Below are positions 1 to 28,010 of a DNA stretch of 30,919 nucleotides, one piece after another (the first letter of the stretch is position 1; every line of letters starts with the position of its first letter). The stretch spans positions 12,559,914 to 12,590,832 of the forward strand of contig CM119268.1 of assembly GCA_051294375.1 (NCBI GenBank). The letters are read 5' to 3'. This stretch comes from Paraspadella gotoi (lineage: Eukaryota > Animalia > Chaetognatha). The translations under genes were made by a program, and so were the position numbers. The notes under the pieces are model-generated. The model did not search any database and was not told the DNA's origin. It saw nothing but the letters and a program-made list of their open reading frames with translations.

Positions 1-189
1 TCGACCACGCCTCGGCGCCTGTGGAGGCGTCAGTGGTGGCAGATCAGGGTCCTGGATCGCCGGCTTGAGGCGGTCGACCGAAATAGTTTCCACACCTCGC
101 CCTGGAATCGCCACTTTGAACGTCTTATCACTTCTGTGACATCGTAAGGGCCGTCGCGCCGGACAGATGCGAGAGGTGTCGGCCAGTGT
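1..189 (-). pseudogene. Integrase C-terminal GPY/F module
   Basis: PLASVRRDGPYDVT / RSDKTFKVAIPGRGVETISVDRLKPA; aligns with the element B tail [15 protein letters not shown]...[15 protein letters not shown]. Confidence 0.82.
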
Positions 190-322
190 CGTCGATGGTC
201 GACGCCCAGGTGGTGTTCCATCAAGAAATCCGCTCCGAGAATGGGCGTGGCCACATCTGCAAGGGCAACGAGGTAAGGATACACTCGGGAGCCAAGACGG
301 ATTTGCATCTCTCGAAGACCGT
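190..322 (-). pseudogene. Retropepsin protease C-terminal half
   Basis: LADVATPILGADFLMEHHLGVD motif; the catalytic DTG/DSG would fall in the N gap. Confidence 0.8.
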
Positions 323-536
323 NNNNNNNNNNNNNNNNNNNNNNNNNNNNNNNNNNNNNNNNNNNNNNNNNNNNNNNNNNNNNNNNNNNNNNNNNNNNNN
401 NNNNNNNNNNNNNNNNNNNNNNNNNNNNNNNNNNNNNNNNNNNNNNNNNNNNNNNNNNNNNNNNNNNNNNNNNNNNNNNNNNNNNNNNNNNNNNNNNNNN
501 NNNNNNNNNNNNNNNNNNNNNNNNNNNNNNNNNNNN
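323..536. other. Assembly gap (214 N)
   Basis: Run of N. Confidence 1.
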
Positions 537-1604
537 GATGGTGGTCGTCGTTGCTGTCGTGGTTGTTGAGGTCGGCATTGCTGTTGTTGGTTTCGTAGGC
601 GTAGTGGTGGTTTTGAAAAGGGCCTCTTGACGGCATTGGCATATTACATTGGGACCGTCTCGATTTCCGTTTCTGCGAATTCTTCCGGGGGCTCAACAGG
701 TTCGTCCAGGGGTTCTTTGAATGGTGTTGTGAACATGACGGCGTTCACTGCAGCCGTTTAGTTCCAGAGTTGTCCAGAGGGGGAGTAGAAAGCGGTGGCC
801 GCTTTGGCTATAGAGTCGAGGCTCTTGTCTTCTTTCTGGACGTGGTCGCGCACAGAGACAGGCAGGGAGGCAGTAAGGAGGGCCAAGAGGAATGTCATTC
901 TTTAGTGAGATCTGCTGCTTGGGACCGGAGAGCGGAGCGAGGCGAGGTGTTGGAGAGGGGTGCTACCTCTCAAAGACGTCATCCTCAGCAACTTTGCGGC
1001 CCGTTGGGGCTTATTTTCATCATAGACAGCCTTGAGGTGGGTGACGAGCTGGAAGTAAGCGCCCTTGCTTTGCTCTTGCGGATGTTGGGGTCTAGATGGC
1101 GGGGACGGTCTGCAGGGATTGCTGCTAGCAGGTGCGCCTTCTTGGTACGTTCATCAAAGACGTCGGCGACTTCAAACGCAGTTGCGTTTCGGCAGTCTCC
1201 AACCAGTCGACAATATTGTCTGGGTCGAACGCCGGGAGTTTTGGCGTTCTGGGGCGCGGGAAGTCGACCCTGGCGTCAGCTCGAGGGGCGCCGCAGCCAT
1301 GGGGGCGTCATTCACTCGAGGGACGCAGTCGACCAGTGGGGCACCCTCAGCTCCAGGCATGATGTCGGTAGAGGCAAGGCTGGAGTTTGCCATCAATTAA
1401 GCGACCTGCCTCCTCTGAGCTCGAAGGTCTTGCTTGACCTTTTCGAACTGTCCAGGAAAATTTTGACCCATTGAGGGGATTGGCATTGGGGTCGTCGCTT
1501 GCTTCTACAAAGGGGTCATCTTCACCCTCGGCGCGCGTTGTGCTTCGCGTTTTGATTTTGTTGGAGGCCATCACTTCTTCTTCTTCATCTGCCGGCGTTG
1601 GCAT
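537..1604 (-). pseudogene. gag of element A (frameshifted)
   Basis: Across frames reads KLPAFDPDNIVDWLETAETQ / FEVADVFDERTKKAHLLAAIP, matching the KLPxFxxxxxxxWFxxxExQF...TK...H motif of CsRN1-type Gag. ATG at 1604. Confidence 0.75.
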
Positions 1605-1920
1605 ACGTGGTTGCGATGGGCGGCGGCTCGGAAGGGAGTGGAGTCTGGCGAGATCCGTGAAGCCGTTTTATATCAACTGTTGAACGATGCAAAAAAAATC
1701 ACAACAAAAAAAATCAAAAAGAAAAACGAAAACCAAATGTAATTATATTGTGGCCACAATATATGAAAAAAAAATGCGAGTTAAAAACGCGATGTCGTTA
1801 TTTCTTTTGGGTCGTTTAAATTTTTTTTTATTTTATTTTAAATTAATTCGCGCAAAAAGGCTTCCTTTTATTTTCCTTTGGAGTTTGGATTTACTTCGGT
1901 TTTTTATTATTATTATTTTT

Positions 1921-1939
1921 AATTCACTCGGGCTCACCA
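1921..1939 (-). promoter_or_regulatory. Primer binding site, tRNA-Trp-like
   Basis: TGGTGAGCCCGAGTGAATT compared with the canonical Trp PBS TGGTGACCCCGACGTGATT; Trp priming is typical of CsRN1-clade elements. Confidence 0.75.
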
Positions 1940-1941
1940 CG

Positions 1942-2183
1942 TGTGGCAAGTAAACGGGACGAGGTTCAGATCGAGAATGAATTTATTCTCCAACAACAAA
2001 TACAACAATCAACAAGAGAAAATGCTAAGTCTAAAACAGTAACAATAACTTTACAAGGAACCGGCTGAGAACAGCCGGGAGAGAGTCACTGATGACCGTG
2101 GTGACCGGTCAGCGATTGAGTGAGAAGGATAGTTTTCGGCTATGGTTCTTGATCTGATAAGGGCGCGTGTTGTTGCTGCCACA
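1942..2183 (-). repeat. 5' LTR of element A (242 bp)
   Basis: TGTGGCA...TGCCACA inverted termini; minus-strand AATAAA at 1982-1987; PBS 2 nt away. The partner LTR is not in the window. Confidence 0.8.
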
Positions 2184-2221
2184 ATATGACATTATTTTTG
2201 AAAAGTTCATTTATTCACGAC

Positions 2222-2375
2222 CGGAAAGAAGAAGGAGAAGGAGAAGGGGAAGGAGAGGAAGGACAGGAAGGAAAAGAGGAAGGAGAAGAAAGTAAAAAGG
2301 AAAAGAAGGAGAGAAAGAGAAAATGAAGAAAAAGGAAAGAAGGAGGAGTGAGGAAAAAGGAAGGAAGAGAATAAA
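2222..2375. repeat. Purine-rich low-complexity tract
   Basis: Degenerate GAAGGA/GAAAA runs. Confidence 0.85.
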
Positions 2376-2400
2376 ATATTCAAACATGGGTAAAACATTC

Positions 2401-3080
2401 TCAATATTTGGTATGACCTCCCTCGGTATCGACTACTGCCTGCATTCGTCTGGGCATGCTCTCGTACAGCAAATTGAGGTATGACAGCGAAATGTTTTTC
2501 CACACCTTTAGCGCAATTTATTTCAGCTCCGTTGTTGATGTTGCGCATTCTCGACTTTGCATCTTTTTCATCTGGGACCAAAGCGATTCTATTGAATTCT
2601 ATTGGATTGAGGTCGGGGGATGATTGACATGCCACTGCTTCGTCGTAGCGGCTCTATGTGCAGGAGCACCGTCTCCCATGAAGAGATCCACAATCCATTC
2701 CATCCACGATTTCCACGCTTGAGAAAAGATTTTATGTTTGGCTTCTTTAATATGTCCTGATAACATACTGCATTGATGGTGCCATCGACAAAAACCAGCT
2801 TGCTTTTTTTCATCCTTGTGATGGCACCAAAGACCATAATTTTGACCGGATGCTTCGTTGTAGTTGCGACACACTCCGGAAGAAAAGCCGAAAAAACTGC
2901 AACCTGCCATTTTCTCGAATCTGAACCTAAGATTCATCAGAAAAAGCAACCTTTGACCAGTCAGCGACGGACCAATGGAGATGAACTTGTGCAAACTTGA
3001 GACGCTTTGCTTTGATCTTCTCTGTCTTTAAGCTTGTCTTACGAGGTGTATGAGCTGAAAGTCCTACTGCTACCAGACTA
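2401..3080 (-). pseudogene. Tc1-like transposase, catalytic half, degenerate
   Basis: KRLKFAQVHLHWSVADWSKVAFSDES, MVFGAI, VFVDGTINAVCYQDIL, MGDGAPAH, SPDLNPIE, SMPRRMQAVVDTEGGHTKY*, with stops and frameshifts. Confidence 0.92.
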
Positions 3081-3628
3081 GATAAAAAAGTTACCTGGTC
3101 GTTTATAATTTTATTTTAAATATTTTTACATTTACTGATAGGAAATGATGTCAATATTGTTGATGTTACATTTCAAATCAATCGATTCACGCGTTGAAAA
3201 ATAATCTACAAAATATGGTCATTTTCCACGCCTAATTTTCAAAACAAATCTGCGTTCGTTAAATTTTCTTTCTGGTTCCACTTGAATTTTTAGCTTCGGC
3301 CGAGTGACTTAATTGGTAATAAAAAAAATAGATTTTCTTTGACATCTTTTGAACCAAAAATGATAGAACGATGAGACTGGTATCACATTAAAGCTATAAT
3401 TATGGGGCATCTTTTCCATATAATTTTTCTCAAATGTTTCAATGGATTTTTTTAAAATCTGGATCGGAATCTTAGTCAAAAGTATAACAACTTTTGAAAT
3501 TAAATTAAACACAATTGGCTGTATTTAAAAAAATAAATAAATATAGATTCTGAAAGAGAAAAGTTCGAATTATGTTTCTGATATAAACAAAAATTTTCTA
3601 CATTTCAAATGTTTATATAATTACTAAG

Positions 3629-3792
3629 CTTGAGGGGTATTGAAGGCGTGAAGAAATAGAGGGAAAATAATGGTGTATTTCGCGAAGAGTAGAAACGAGA
3701 GAATGTATCACTAGACAAAATATACTGAGGGGCAGGAGGAGGAAAGAAGAAGAGGAAGAGGAGAATTGGACGGCAGGCTAAATCCTCCTCTG
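3629..3792 (-). repeat. 3' LTR of the TQT element (164 bp)
   Basis: Near-identical to 6587-6762; preceded by a PPT. Confidence 0.85.
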
Positions 3793-4193
3793 CTTCCCCC
3801 TTCTTGACCAAGATGTCATGTCCAGGCCCCCAATGATTAAAAGTTTATTTTTAATTTATGTCACAGTCATTGACAAGTTATGCCACTGCACTATGACTGA
3901 TATTGATTCTTAAAAAAAGGGCAATGGTAAAGTCTGAGCCAAAAATGCAGCAAACTTCTGGCGCAACCATGGTCGTAAGTCTATTTTCATCAGTTTAGGG
4001 TAAGTATTTTTGGGTTTTCCAAAAGCTGGTTGCCTTCTTTGGTCTTGAAGAACACGTCGATGAGGGGGATATAGATATTTTCAGCGAAGGTTTGAGGGAT
4101 CATGTATTCTTTCCAGGGTCCAGTTCTTTCATTTCTTGATTTTGTTTCCCATTTATTGACCGGAGACTGATAAGAGCAGGCTTGATTTTTGTG

Positions 4194-4526
4194 TTAATTC
4201 TTGTTTAAGTTGATTCTTGTAAATAAAGTTTCTCCTTGGATTTTTCCAAATTGAGTTTTCACATCTTTAGCATAGTCTTTGACAGTTGGTAAATGGGTCT
4301 GCACTTGAGAATCAATCTTGGCAACCTTGGTTTGTGTTGAAACTGAATCAGAAATGATGGTGATTTGGGTAGTTTGGGAAGAGGAGGTCGAGTAGAAAAT
4401 TTTTGTCTGCGTTGATTTATTGCACCTCGCCTTGGCTTTTGTGGTCTGGGTTGAAGCATTGGCTTGGGTGAAATAGGTTTGAGTAGAGGTGGAGACAGTT
4501 TGGGTTTTTAAAGGCAGAGGGGACAT
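4194..4526 (-). CDS. TQT-repeat ORF (probably a fragment of a longer frameshifted ORF spanning about 3850-4790)
   Basis: 110 aa containing LKTQT, STSTQT, NASTQT, NKSTQT, SSSQT, SVSTQT and DSQVQT; overlaps upstream ORF 4508..4726 in another frame. Confidence 0.5.
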   Translation of the reverse strand: MSPLPLKTQTVSTSTQTYFTQANASTQTTKAKARCNKSTQTKIFYSTSSSQTTQITIISDSVSTQTKVAKIDSQVQTHLPTVKDYAKDVKTQFGKIQGETLFTRINLNKN

Positions 4527-4830
4527 ATGTGTAATTGTGTATTCTGCGCCAAAGCAAGTAGATCCATTATATTCTTGTCCAGAATTTGTGGGTTTGCATT
4601 ATTAGTATGTAATCTTTTAGAGAAATTCTTCAGGTTTTCCAAGATGCCAATATATTCTCCTTTGAAATCATCAGAGCTGATTGGATCTTTAAAGTTTATT
4701 GCGGCCCTTTTTGGATTTATTTTCAAGATTTAGGGTAAAAAGGTATCGGTTTTTCTAAACAGTTATTTTAATTTTTCTTTTTTTTTTCTTCCAAGGGGGC
4801 TAATGTTTTCTTTTTCTCTTAAGAGGTTAA

Positions 4831-6288
4831 AGTTGGGGATGAGCATCGTTTCTAAACAACTCATTGTTTTATATCAAATTTGGTAACGTTCGATAGACAA
4901 TTGCAAACATTATCTACATGCATAATTTCATCATAATCCGACAATCCGTTCAAAAGTAATCGCCAAAAAGCAATCGCAAAAATCGCTCTTCAAACCGATC
5001 AACTTTCCTTTAAAATCGAGCTCGTTTTGATCTAACAAAGATTAGTACTATGCGTAGTACTAAGCTTTAGAACCGGCGCACAGTGAGATCCTGGGCCTGA
5101 ATTTTTCAGAAAAATCCCGTTCAATTAAAAATATTTTTTTATTATATATTAATTATAAAAAATTATTTTTTAAAAATATATTTGAATATTAAAATAAACA
5201 TAATTTTTTATAAATAAAATAAAATTATTTTATAATAAAATATATATTATTATCAGATTATATAATAATAATAAAATAATAATAATAAAAATAATAATTA
5301 TAATTAAAAAAATAAAATTAAAAAATAAAATATTTTATTTATTTATTATTATTATTTTATTATTATTATTATCAATATTATTATTAAAATAAAAAAATTA
5401 AATTTTTTTTTGATTTATTATATTTAATATAACTATTATATTTTATTAAAATTAAAATTTTATTTTAATCTTATATTTTTTAATTTATACCATGATAGAA
5501 AAAACTCGCAGTTTAAAAAAATTAACTAATTTTATTGTAAAATATATTTTTTTTATATATATACTTTTTAATATATAGTACTACCTTTTTTAGATTGAAT
5601 ACAAAAATTTATTCTTAATACTATAATTATATTATATAAATATTTTTATTTATTATATAATAATATAAAAAATTTAAAAATTTATTTTTCTAGCATTTGG
5701 GACTCACAAGTAACACTGTGCTACGATTTTTATTTTTAATGAGTTTTTATTGGACTTTTTTTAAATTTTACATTATATTGAAAAAACGCTTTTGAATTAA
5801 GCCCGCGCTCTACCTGATTTTGTGAATAGTAAAATCAATACAGTTTTTGTCAATTGGGTTCAAAATTGAAAAAAATGAAGGCTTGACTATGCAGTTTTCA
5901 CCTAAAAAACCAGTTCATTTGATTGCTTTATCAAGCAATTAAGATTGCAAGAATTTTAATTTTGCTTTTTTTCATCATGTAGAGAAGACAATAAGGTTTT
6001 CGGAAACTGTACTAATATGTATGATTTGGTCTTTTTTACTCAAGAGCCAGGAGGTTTTCTTGGAATAGGGAAAAAACGCCTGACCAGTCCATTTAAATAC
6101 CATTTTTGGGCATGATAAAATGGGAATTTTGATCGCGCTCTACCTCCATTGGCTTCCCAAGACGCCAAGCTTTCGAAATCTGCCCATATTGACATAATTG
6201 TTTTGGCCTTGACTATGCAGTTTTGAATAGAAGTGAAATATAAAGGAATCTTTGATCGGAGCTTCGATTCAAACGATGCTCATCTCTA
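4831..6288. mobile_element. TTAA-flanked non-autonomous TIR element (Kolobok- or piggyBac-type target) nested in the TQT element
   Basis: Inverted GATGAGCATCGTTT (4838-4851) / AAACGATGCTCATC (6271-6284); TTAA at 4827-4830 and 6289-6292; outermost bases imperfect. Confidence 0.6.
5079..5720. mobile_element. Transib-like MITE with RSS-like bipartite ends
   Basis: Both ends read inward CACAGTG-N22-AGAAAAAT; flanks are CGGCG and CTACG; core is extremely AT-rich. Confidence 0.65.
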
Positions 6289-6520
6289 TTAAAGTCCAAT
6301 TTTAGCTTTCGCCATTAAGTAGGATTTTGTTTCTAAAATTATGTAGATTTTTTAGTAGTTTGTAAAATGGTTTTTTTCTTTTTTTTCCTTTTTTTTTAAG
6401 GAGGGGAGTTTGTAAATTTGGTTTATTTTCAAGTTTCTGTTTTTGGTTGTGCAGAAAGATAGTTTCTTTTGGTAATTTCCACTGGGTTGGCAAAAACCCT
6501 GAATTTCCACGGTTTTTTTT

Positions 6521-6586
6521 GCTGAGGGTTTGCACGGAAAACTTAATCCACGGGGAGTAGGGTGTCGAGCCGCGAAGAGGGCGCCA
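6521..6586 (-). promoter_or_regulatory. Extended tRNA-Lys(CTT)-like primer binding site
   Basis: Plus strand reads gctgag..gca..CTTAATC..ggg..gggt(g)TCGAGCC..GGGCGCCA, colinear with eukaryotic tRNA-Lys-CTT including the CCA end. Confidence 0.7.
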
Positions 6587-6762
6587 CTTGAGGGGTATTG
6601 AAGGCGTGAAGAAATAGAGGGAAAATAATGGTGTATTTCGCGATGAGTAGAAACGAAATGTATCGCTAGACAAAATATACTGAGGGGCAGGAGGAGGAAA
6701 GAAGAAGAAGAAGAAGAAGAAGAGGAAGAGGAGAATTGGACGGCAGGCTAAATCCTCCTCTG
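6587..6762 (-). repeat. 5' LTR of the TQT element (176 bp, expanded GAA tract)
   Basis: Near-identical to 3629-3792; followed by the PBS. Confidence 0.85.
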
Positions 6763-7459
6763 CTAAGGATAATGAATTATCATTTTGTTGAAAACAAAAA
6801 AATTTTAAAAATTCATGTAAAAACCTTAAAAAACATATGATTTCAATATGAAAATTTAGGAGTTCAAACTTTGTTCCGGGTGATTTAAAAACGACTGACA
6901 TAGGGCTAAAATACTGTATTATCAGATTTTTAAATGTTTGTCATCTTCAGGTGCAAATTAAAACCTTTGCATAATGATCATTAGCTATATTAATATAACA
7001 TTTTTAAAAAAAAAAAGCACTACAATCTTTTAATAACACGCAAATGCATGTAGCTGTATGGTAAAATTGTTGTTTTTATTTTTAATTAAAATACAAGGCT
7101 TTTATCAATAAAGGGGTAAATTGCAAAGAAAATGAGTTATTTCAAGGCTCCATATTGAAACAAAAATGACAACAAATTTAGAGAAAAAAATTTGGATTAA
7201 TTGCTATTATTTCTTAATGACGTCAATTTATTTTTTTCATTGTGCTTGAAAGTTAGGCTAAACCCAACAGTATCGTAGTCAGTGCATGACCGCTGTATAT
7301 TTATTTGACTTATACAGTAAATACCGCAAAATAAAAAAAAAATTAAAATAATTCAGTCTAAGCGCCGTGTTTATTTTCAGTATTTTTTAGTCAAGACCTT
7401 TATGGATTTTCTTTGTTCCGGATAGCCCAAACAATGCAGTTTCAGAAATCATCCATGGT

Positions 7460-7635
7460 AATATTCAACTTTGGTCTTCCAGAGCGAGGTGCCACTTCAA
7501 ATGATTTTGATTTGTTGTATCGGTGGAACGACTGAGTCCAAGTCTATTGCTGATGAATTGTTGCGTCTTTCCCTCTTTTTTCAGAGCTACAATTGTACCT
7601 TTATGAACCAAAATGAGGTGCGGTCTCTTCGGCAT
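7460..7635 (-). pseudogene. Tc1-like transposase N-terminal HTH remnant
   Basis: MPKRPHLILVHKGTIVALKKEGKTQQFISNRLGLSRST, then PRSGRPK after a frameshift. Confidence 0.75.
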
Positions 7636-8131
7636 AACCAAATTTTAAAAAATGAAAAAAATAACTAACTCAATTTGAAATAGAAACAAATAACTCTATA
7701 CCAAGAATGGTGGAAAACTAAAGGCGATTTTTTCCGCCATTTTTCACTTGAGGTAGCAATCTTATTTAGCCTCTAACTTTTAAACGATTGGATCTACGAA
7801 AAAATGGAAGGAAGCTACTGAAAGGAAATTTAATGCAGATTCTGAAAGATCCTGATTTTTTAAATATCGAGAAAGTTTTTGAGTAGATATCCTCAATTAA
7901 AAATGTCATATACTTTTTTCTTAGATAGTATGGCAACAGCTGGGTTGCCTGTGATGCCCATTGGGATGGGGCAGCTCACTGTTGGCTTTGGGGGCTTCCG
8001 ACCCTCAGTGAAGTATCCACTCAATGACGCGGTTATCATCTTCATGAATATCAGCTGTTCAAGTCAGATTTTGAATAATTTGGGAAAATTATAAGTAAAG
8101 CGATGAACCATGCACGTTCAAACAATGCTTA

Positions 8132-8774
8132 CAGAAGGCTTCATATTATAAAATGTAGTACCCCTTTTTTGTGACCAGAATCTGTTCCAACCAAACTACC
8201 CAATCGAATTTAATGAAATTTTACATTTAGAGTGCTGACTATATAAATGGAACTATCGAGGCGAATTTTGATATTCAACCCCTGACAAGAGATACAGGGC
8301 CCTGGGGGTGGACCCCTGGGGGGCCAAAAAATGCTAAAAATTTTTTTTTCATTTTTCAAAATTCTATAGTAGCATCAGGTGCATTGATGTTTTAAACATA
8401 AGAAAAAAAACATTTTAGAACTAAAATTGATAAATTTGCAATAATTAAGCATGGTTGAAGATGCATGGTTCATCGTTTTACTTCCAATTTTCCCAAATTA
8501 TTTCAAATCTGACTTTAACTGCTGATGTTCATGAAGCTAAAAATTAAGGTAAATGAATATTTTTGAGGGAATAAATATGTTTTTATGGAAGAGTAAACTT
8601 CTGACCATTTGTGGCCCTCAGGGGCTGCCCCCTCAGGGCCCCTTATCTCAGCTTAGGGGTGGAATGTAAAAATTTGCCTCGATAGTTCCATTTGTATCAC
8701 TACTGTACTCCGCATGCAAAACGTGTTCTGGTCACAAAAAAGGGGTACCACATTTTATAATATGAAGCCTTCTG
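8132..8774. mobile_element. Tc1/mariner-type MITE with TA target duplication, nested in an older copy of the same family (about 8041-8885)
   Basis: About 50-bp TIRs CAGAAGGCTTCATATTATAAAATGT.GTACCCC...GTGACCAGAA; TA on both sides. Confidence 0.85.
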
Positions 8775-8962
8775 TAATTATTAAAAATTTATCATTTTTA
8801 GTTCTAAAATTTTTTTTACATGTTTAAGACGTCAATGCACCTGATGCTACTGAAAATATTAAAATATGAAAAAAAAAATTTTTAGCCTTCTGTAAATAGT
8901 AAGGCAGTGTTAAGTCTTCGCCACAATATGTTCCGAAATATGTCAAGTTCCTTCCGACGTGC

Positions 8963-27996
<19,034 letters not shown>

Positions 27997-28010
27997 CGCC
28001 AAACCTAAGA

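Larger units (their letters stand above)
1..2183 (-). mobile_element. Ty3/Gypsy LTR retrotransposon A (CsRN1-like clade), internally deleted, running off the left edge
   Basis: 5' LTR, Trp-like PBS, frameshifted gag, protease C-terminus and integrase GPY/F tail, in that order on the minus strand. Confidence 0.88.
3629..6762 (-). mobile_element. Non-autonomous LTR element without pol (TRIM/LARD-like), carrying a TQT-repeat ORF
   Basis: Direct repeats at 3629-3792 and 6587-6762. TGGCGCCC PBS abuts one repeat and the PPT AAGAAGGGGGAAG (3793-3805) abuts the other. Flanking CTAAG repeats at 3624-3628 and 6763-6767. Confidence 0.82.

Noticed and set aside
770-1474. 234-aa plus-strand ORF and other short ORFs here
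   Set aside because: Antisense shadows of the GC-rich gag.
5042-5063. Hairpin TTAGTACTA-tgcg-TAGTACTAA as a terminator
   Set aside because: Eukaryotic intron; more likely the end of a small Helitron/Helentron-type fragment, and too little evidence to call.
6302-6901. 199-aa minus-strand ORF (and 3605..3811)
   Set aside because: Runs across flank, LTR, GAA tract and PBS, so it is a chance read-through.
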